DNA from: Candidatus Thorarchaeota archaeon
GTDB taxonomy: Archaea > Asgardarchaeota > Thorarchaeia > Thorarchaeales > Thorarchaeaceae
Reading direction: 5' to 3'
DNA length: 13,017 bases
Assembly: GCA_029858305.1 (NCBI GenBank)
Contig: JAOUFI010000060.1
Span: 1-13,017 of the forward strand
Made by a program: the position numbers and the translations under genes. Under the pieces are notes generated by a model. That model worked only from the letters and a program-made list of their open reading frames with translations, did no database searches and was not told where the DNA came from. This document shows, piece by piece, positions 7,831 through 13,017 of the stretch; positions within the stretch are counted from its first letter, which is position 1; every line of letters starts with the position of its first letter.

Positions 7831-9648
7831 TTATGCTTCAGTTTCTGGGACCGTGACCTTCAGGCACGAGAATCCATATTCACCTTCATAAGATATTTCT
7901 GAAAGTTCACTTGGAATAACCGTTAAGATAATAGAATAGCTTTTGACTACATCAGTTTTTGTATTTGCTATTTCAAACTCTCCTTTTGTTAGAGCTACCT
8001 TATGACCTGTCTTTAAAGTACTAAGAATAGGATGGTGTTTGGTCATTATGGCAATCCTAGCCTGTAACATCTCATTTCGTACAACAAGAACCTCCTCTCC
8101 TTCGATATTCTCAAGAGTAAGTACATCCATCCAACCCTTGAGTTCGTCAGGTATTGATTTGAAAGGTGCAGGTCCTCCTGTTGACATATTCTCGATACGT
8201 GGAAACTCTCCTTGAACCTCATTAAGAATTGGCGTGACCAAGTTTGTGTTCCATCCTTTCTTGACAAAGGCTTTGAGAGCGTGCTCCGAGATCTTCTCTA
8301 AAGCAGGTTTGAACCGATCATGAGATGATGATGATACTTTGTAGAGCATTCTAAATGAGCTCAATGCGCCCTCCTCTCTGTTATACGCCACACCAATCTT
8401 GTAGGCAGTAACTGCTAATTGCCAAGCATTATCATGATCATCGAAGAGCAGACTGTATTTAGCAATATCATTGAGCATTGCTATTGTCACATCTGGGAAC
8501 TGGAGCTTTGTCTTGGTAAGACTGAAGCCCCCCATCACTTCAGATCTAAGAACCTGCATTGTGATGTAGAATCCCTCAGTCGTTTCCATCATGGTATCAA
8601 GTGATAAACGATTAATCATTGAATCATAAAGACTGTAAAAGTAGTCTATCTCATTATAATCCTCTCTTATGAGAGAGAGAAGAATTCTGACAAAGAAGAC
8701 AGATGCTTTGAGTTCATTGTTCTGCACCTCTGCGAACATGAGAAGTCTGAATGCTTCCTCACTCATTACTAAGGCATCTTCCATCCCCTCACGTGTACCT
8801 CGGTATAGGTGGCAAATCATCTCAAGATAATATAGAAATAGTGTTAGGTCCGCAGCATGTCGAACAAGTTTGCCATGGGTTTCTGTATCCTCAGTCAATG
8901 TTGAAACAATCAGAAGCCGTTCAATCTCATTCTGGACAGTTTCTATCTCAAGTGCTAGAGTATCATACTTTCCATCACGGAAATCATCAAACATATTTGG
9001 TATATCTGCCTTGATGTCTTCGAGAAAATCTAAGACGAACAGTGGTTGTCCCTTTGCCAATTGTCTATCCAGACCCTCTGCAGGTCTTTTGACGGCTCTT
9101 AACACACGAAGAGCATGGTCCTCTATGATTCGTATCCTAGTCACTGGATCATATGACTCCTGCCTTGCTATACTGTAGCGGACTTCTTCAGAATAGATTC
9201 TATCTCTAATAGGAGCCAGAGACTTCTTCATATCTTCATCATCTGCTAACTCCATCAACTCAAGCACAAATGCAGAGCCAACAATTCCTTCGACATCCAC
9301 CTTTAGCTCTTGAATCGTGCTTAGTAATTTCATATCACTTGTTACTATCTTGGATTTTTTAGAACGCATAGCCGCCAGAATAAGACTCATATCGTTAGCT
9401 TGAGGAAGCGAGCTCTCAGGGCGTTTAATGCTCTCCGTAAAGGCCTTGATGTCTTTGGATAGCGTTTCATCAATTTGGATGATTGTTTCAACCTCTCGTC
9501 GAAGATACCAACGAAGTTCTTGGAATACTTGTCTTGTAATCCATAGCTCTACATCGATCTTATCCGCTGCCGCTTTTATTATTGCAACATCTTTGGGGCG
9601 GTCTGAAAATCCACTGATAAAGAAATTGGCATCAAGGTACACTCGCAT
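7831..9648 (-). CDS. PIN-domain ribonuclease fused to a long alpha-helical (TPR-like) region and a C-terminal beta-rich domain
   Basis: PIN acidic residues are present: YLDAN (D6), VFQEL (E44), ANDMSL (D86) and VTSD (D105). Residues of about 200-480 look like amphipathic helices. The last approx. 110 aa are beta-rich. Confidence 0.82.
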   Translation of the reverse strand: MRVYLDANFFISGFSDRPKDVAIIKAAADKIDVELWITRQVFQELRWYLRREVETIIQIDETLSKDIKAFTESIKRPESSLPQANDMSLILAAMRSKKSKIVTSDMKLLSTIQELKVDVEGIVGSAFVLELMELADDEDMKKSLAPIRDRIYSEEVRYSIARQESYDPVTRIRIIEDHALRVLRAVKRPAEGLDRQLAKGQPLFVLDFLEDIKADIPNMFDDFRDGKYDTLALEIETVQNEIERLLIVSTLTEDTETHGKLVRHAADLTLFLYYLEMICHLYRGTREGMEDALVMSEEAFRLLMFAEVQNNELKASVFFVRILLSLIREDYNEIDYFYSLYDSMINRLSLDTMMETTEGFYITMQVLRSEVMGGFSLTKTKLQFPDVTIAMLNDIAKYSLLFDDHDNAWQLAVTAYKIGVAYNREEGALSSFRMLYKVSSSSHDRFKPALEKISEHALKAFVKKGWNTNLVTPILNEVQGEFPRIENMSTGGPAPFKSIPDELKGWMDVLTLENIEGEEVLVVRNEMLQARIAIMTKHHPILSTLKTGHKVALTKGEFEIANTKTDVVKSYSIILTVIPSELSEISYEGEYGFSCLKVTVPETEA

Positions 9649-9905
9649 TAAATCATGTCTCCATCTGATAGTAACTGCATGACCAAGGTATTAGAACTAT
9701 AGTCCTGCTCCTCAAGGGTTTGCTTCTCTGAACAGGTTCTCATAAAGATGTTATGCTCTGAACCTCGGCATAAAGGGAAAACGCGTTTCGAGGGAAAAAG
9801 GTTCCGATTTGACAATCCTCACTAACATTTTCCTTAGATATTTCCATGCTCCCCTATACGTCCTTTGTGTTAGTGTATTGAATTCATAATGCTCATCAAG
9901 CAAGG

Positions 9906-9913
9906 CTTAAAAG
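9906..9913 (+). promoter_or_regulatory. Putative archaeal TATA box (CTTAAAAG) for the candidate ncRNA
   Basis: A purine-rich BRE-like CAAGCAAGG lies immediately upstream. The box sits about 30 nt before the first helix of the structured region. Confidence 0.4.
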
Positions 9914-9939
9914 TAATAGTATATCATATAACATATCAG

Positions 9940-10205
9940 CAATGGTTCTTGATTCTATGAATCGGCCAAGAACCAGCCAAAACAATGATGGGAAACTGTC
10001 GTTGACCGCAAGGGTTAACTGCAATTGTCGCCCATTCATTAGTAAAGAAAGGGCATAGCATATTCAATGTGGGCCGTCGTTACTTAGGCGTGCGGTGACG
10101 GCTAGCAACGGCTTCAATATAGGTTCGTTGGAACGCGGCGTACAAAATCATTAGGTGGTGGCGCGGCAATACGGCGCGTTGCCCTCATGACGCTATGCCC
10201 ACCTT
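9940..10205 (+). ncRNA. Candidate structured non-coding RNA of unknown family (three domains)
   Basis: Hand-folded helices: 9943-9951/9967-9975; 9984-9992/10031-10040 with inner 9997-10007/10013-10023; 10051-10059/10192-10200 enclosing hairpins 10072-10103, 10106-10130 and 10157-10183. Region 10051-10200 is 56% GC (84/150). Numerous G-U pairs specific to the + strand. No ORF of 60 aa or more. Confidence 0.65.
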
Positions 10206-10220
10206 ATTCTATCTTCATTT
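10204..10220 (+). terminator. Putative T-rich archaeal terminator after the structured RNA
   Basis: TTATTCTATCTTCATTTT directly follows the closing helix. Confidence 0.35.
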
Positions 10221-10305
10221 TATGATGATTGCAAGTTTCCTAACCTGATATAATGCGCTAACAAGCGAGCTAATTAAGGCAAAATCAACAGGACTCAGGA
10301 TTGCT

Positions 10306-10866
10306 ATGGTTATTCATCAAAGAAGCGCCAACATCATTGTGGTTGTCACATTACTGATCTTAGTTTCGAATATTGCCATTCTAACAAATAGAGTTGAGTC
10401 ACAGACAACAGATGGATTTGGTGAAAAAGAATTCAATCGCATAGCTGACGTGAGTCCATCGATATACGACTGGGGAATTACGGGTAGAGCTAATGAGAGT
10501 GCGGCATTTACCGTCTGGGCAAATGTGACAGATGATGACTTGGACCTTGCCAATGTGAGCGTTCACGTCGATGGACCCAATACCACAATTCATGAGCTTA
10601 TGCCCTTCAACGGAACGTTCTATGTCACCAACCTAGATGCGCTTCATAATTTTGGCTTGTATGATATATATGTAACAGCAACTGATTTGGCAAACAACAC
10701 CAGGGAAGGTCGACATATTTCAGTAGAAATAATACCAGACACTACAGAACCTCCGGATCCATCCATAACCATGCCAATTGTCGTCATCTCCAGTGTAATT
10801 ACCGGATTCATTGTCTGTGTAGTTGCATATCTCTATGCAAAACGAAAACTTACCAATACAGCCTGA
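10306..10866 (+). CDS. Secreted/surface protein with Ig-like beta domain and C-terminal membrane anchor
   Basis: N-terminal hydrophobic signal segment, a beta-rich core (YDIYVTATDLANN), a Pro/Thr linker (PDTTEPPDPS), and a C-terminal TM plus KRK. Six N-x-S/T sequons (NES, NVT, NVS, NTT, NGT, NNT). Confidence 0.8.
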   Translation: MVIHQRSANIIVVVTLLILVSNIAILTNRVESQTTDGFGEKEFNRIADVSPSIYDWGITGRANESAAFTVWANVTDDDLDLANVSVHVDGPNTTIHELMPFNGTFYVTNLDALHNFGLYDIYVTATDLANNTREGRHISVEIIPDTTEPPDPSITMPIVVISSVITGFIVCVVAYLYAKRKLTNTA

Positions 10867-10893
10867 TAATGGACATTATTCCATTTGGGCCAG

Positions 10894-10927
10894 TTTATAA
10901 GATTTCAAATATTCAAAGGGAGGAGGT
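10894..10927 (+). promoter_or_regulatory. TATA box (TTTATAA, 10894-10900) and Shine-Dalgarno (GGAGGAGGT, 10919-10927) of the ABC permease gene
   Basis: Consensus archaeal TATA box and a strong SD sequence, both upstream of the ATG at 10938. Confidence 0.55.
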
Positions 10928-10937
10928 CAGAGGAATC

Positions 10938-13017
10938 ATGTTCAGATATGCTCTCAAGCGAGTTGTTCGAAGCTATCGATTGTTTATCGCTCTAACAATA
11001 GGAGTCCTCTTGGCTACTACCTTTTTTGCATCTACTAATGTTGCCGCTGACCTCTTATCAAAGGATGCATTGAATGCTACTGTTGAGGATATCTTGTATG
11101 ATTTCGATGTAAATTCAGTCAATTCAAATTGGACGGTTTCCGACATAACTACACTTCAGACTGATTTGACGAACCTGGATGGTGTTATTGGTGCCACTCA
11201 TACATCAAGACTCTTTTTTGATTTTAATGGCACCGGAGTGAATATGACAATAGCAGGCATACAAATGACCTCTGCATTGGGATCTGGAATACAGGTACTC
11301 CAAGGTAGTCTTTCACTTGGACCAAATGAAACCTATGTAGTTCGTGGTTCTGAAAATGAATCACTCTTTTCATTGGGTCAGGTCATTGAAGTCCCGGTTA
11401 TGGTTGCACGACTGTTTATGCCGCCTCAAGTCATTTACAGGAATCTGACTGTAGTTGGATATATTGATCTGCCAACAAGAAACAGAGATGCGATAATCCC
11501 ATCATTCGCTAGTGGAATTATGGCTTTTATTAGCGGTTTAGGAGGGGGTGCCCGAGGATTTACTTTTGACACCTCATATAATCTCCTTCTTACAGACTGG
11601 GATTTATTTATGGATTCTATCATTCGAGAAGCTGCTTCTGTTAGCAATCATACTCTCGTAGGAATTACCAGTTCGATTCATTTACAAATAGATAGAGCAA
11701 GCTACCTCAATCCCTACGATATCACAAACTCCCTTGAGAGGGTCAATGATCTAGAAGATAGAATCAGTGCACATACTGTTGCGTACCATGGTGATATTTC
11801 TTCAAATCTTAGTTTTCCTCTTCTTATTTATCAGATAACACAACTAGCGATGAGTATCCAATTTTTGTCATTATCCCTCCCAATCTTTCTGCTATCATAT
11901 TTCACAGGAACAATGGTAAGCGATGTAGGATACAACTTCAGAAGGCGTGAGATTGGTCTCCTACTAACCAAGGGATACGAACGCGGCACTATCAGAAGAA
12001 TGTTCTTAGTTGAAGGAGCATTAATAGGCGGAATTGCAGGGGCGATATCGGTCTTCCTTGGCACAGCAGCAGCATACTTTGTTCTCGGCGTTGAAAACTT
12101 GAATATGTTTCAAGCAATCCTCGATAATCTCGTGTCGGTAATTCTCGCAATTGTATTGGGCATGTTTCTTGGATTGTTCTCTGTCTGGCGTCCATCTGGA
12201 CGAGCCTCTAAACTTGAAATTCTTGACGCTCTAAAGCAATACATTCTCGTTGAAGAGACCTCTGAATACAAACAACTACTACCAACAATATCACTGATTC
12301 TTGGGACCTACAAGCTTGTGGTCTGGACACTCGGCATTGATATGACCGCACTGCTTGGAAGTATAAGTTTCGGCAATCTTTTCGTTTCCATTGTGATAAT
12401 TGCTTGGACTGCCATAGACAGTATTCTGAACACGATCGGTCCGCTGCTCTTCCTCTACGGTGCTACAAAAGTATTCATACGCGGTTCGCAAAAATTCCAA
12501 GAAACTGTAATGAATCTTGGGCGGAGATTCTTTGGTGCATTTGGGAATCTGGCCACAAGAAATGTCAAGCGCCATCCAGCGAGAAATGCAACGCTTGTCT
12601 TCATAGCTGCCTTGATTGTTTCATATGGTATCTTTGCTACAGGTAGTCTCTATTCTCAATATGATTACACAGAGAGGACAGCTAGATATGATGTAGGTGC
12701 AGATCTCAGGCTTGAGCTAATTGCTGGGACTAATGTCACAGAATTGCTTGATACAGTGTCTGGATATGAATCTGTTCTCGCGGTGACACCAGAATATACA
12801 CTCAATCTACAAGCTGGCACAAATACAATAGATGCTCGAGGAATTCGACCTGATACATGGAGACAGGTTGCCTATTGGGAACCTGAATGGTTCATTGGGG
12901 ACATCGATCAGATGTTTGAGAATCTGGGAAATGATAGCATCATTCTCTCATTGGATGTTGCTCAAAAACTTGAGTTGAATGTTGGAGACACTCTAAATGT
13001 TGAAGGGCCCTTCTCAA
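10938..13017 (+). CDS. FtsX/MacB-family ABC transporter permease (3'-truncated by the window edge)
   Basis: The reading frame from ATG 10938 (MFRYALKRVVRSYRLFIALTIGVLLA) stays open to the end of the window. It contains the FtsX signature RRREIGLLLTKGYERGTIRRMFLVEG, then RASKLEILDALK, then a second repeat starting LATRNVKRHPARN and GADL. Large extracellular domains with sequons. Absent from the ORF track because no stop codon lies within the window. Confidence 0.9.
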   Translation, partial: MFRYALKRVVRSYRLFIALTIGVLLATTFFASTNVAADLLSKDALNATVEDILYDFDVNSVNSNWTVSDITTLQTDLTNLDGVIGATHTSRLFFDFNGTGVNMTIAGIQMTSALGSGIQVLQGSLSLGPNETYVVRGSENESLFSLGQVIEVPVMVARLFMPPQVIYRNLTVVGYIDLPTRNRDAIIPSFASGIMAFISGLGGGARGFTFDTSYNLLLTDWDLFMDSIIREAASVSNHTLVGITSSIHLQIDRASYLNPYDITNSLERVNDLEDRISAHTVAYHGDISSNLSFPLLIYQITQLAMSIQFLSLSLPIFLLSYFTGTMVSDVGYNFRRREIGLLLTKGYERGTIRRMFLVEGALIGGIAGAISVFLGTAAAYFVLGVENLNMFQAILDNLVSVILAIVLGMFLGLFSVWRPSGRASKLEILDALKQYILVEETSEYKQLLPTISLILGTYKLVVWTLGIDMTALLGSISFGNLFVSIVIIAWTAIDSILNTIGPLLFLYGATKVFIRGSQKFQETVMNLGRRFFGAFGNLATRNVKRHPARNATLVFIAALIVSYGIFATGSLYSQYDYTERTARYDVGADLRLELIAGTNVTELLDTVSGYESVLAVTPEYTLNLQAGTNTIDARGIRPDTWRQVAYWEPEWFIGDIDQMFENLGNDSIILSLDVAQKLELNVGDTLNVEGPFS

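Noticed and set aside
10056-10190. Stop-codon read-through (Pyl/Sec) extending the 38-codon ORF
   Set aside because: The extended peptide resembles nothing recognisable, hits further stop codons and has no clear SECIS core.
9940-10205. Identification of the structured RNA as SRP RNA, RNase P RNA, 5S rRNA, tRNA or group II intron domain V
   Set aside because: There is no SRP helix 8 motif, no GAGGAAAGUCC/P4 pairing (GGGAAAC at 9990 and ACAAAA at 10142 are only superficial matches), no T-loop or CCA end, and no domain V AGC triad hairpin. This was judged by eye, so an Rfam search is still needed.
10084-10245. Telomere-like TTAGG (10084, 10151) and CCTAACC (10239)
   Set aside because: These are isolated 5-7-mers expected by chance, and no reverse transcriptase is present in the window.
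10242-10270. TPP-riboswitch-like fragment AACCTGAT..TAATGC
   Set aside because: It lacks the CUGAGA motif, the P5 stem and the AGGGA closing strand, and no thiamine gene is recognised downstream.
10222-10273. Possible C/D box sRNA (ATGATGA at 10222, CTGA at 10245)
   Set aside because: There is no convincing C' box or terminal D box (only CTAA) and no terminal stem.
56-12646. Short ORFs in the track overlapping the main genes (e.g. 56-250, 557-790, 1400-1690, 4396-4704, 5237-5461, 6957-7160, 8046-8267, 8870-9178, 10317-10553, 11435-12646 group)
   Set aside because: They are antisense or off-frame shadows of longer genes with recognisable motifs and show no independent protein features.
1-13017. 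CRISPR array or mobile element
   Set aside because: I saw no regularly spaced repeats, transposase, integrase or terminal inverted repeats with target-site duplications.

Overview
This is an archaeal chromosomal window of roughly 40% GC (estimated by eye). It is probably from an Asgard archaeon, inferred from a Rab-like small-GTPase-fold protein, a eukaryote-type PPP phosphatase and TATA-like promoters. The minus strand carries three groups. (i) A four-gene lipid-linked-sugar operon: DUF362, a UbiA/DPPR-synthase-like prenyltransferase, a PHP phosphoesterase and a UPF0104 flippase-like protein. (ii) A tightly packed operon: a degenerate Rab-like pseudo-GTPase with Cys-rich and SHOCT-like tails, a TIGR00725/LOG-like protein, a PPP Ser/Thr phosphatase and a small membrane protein. 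(iii) A 605-aa PIN nuclease with a long helical extension, followed by a small membrane protein. The plus strand carries a cupin, a membrane-anchored surface protein and an FtsX/MacB-type ABC permease that runs off the window and is missing from the ORF track. The main unexplained signal lies in the 657-bp gap at 9649-10305. It is a candidate structured non-coding RNA of about 270 nt (approx. 9940-10205) with three hand-folded domains, A-rich linkers, many G-U pairs that work only on the + strand, a TATA-like box upstream and a T-rich tail. It is oriented divergently from the PIN protein gene, and I cannot match it to any RNA family I know.
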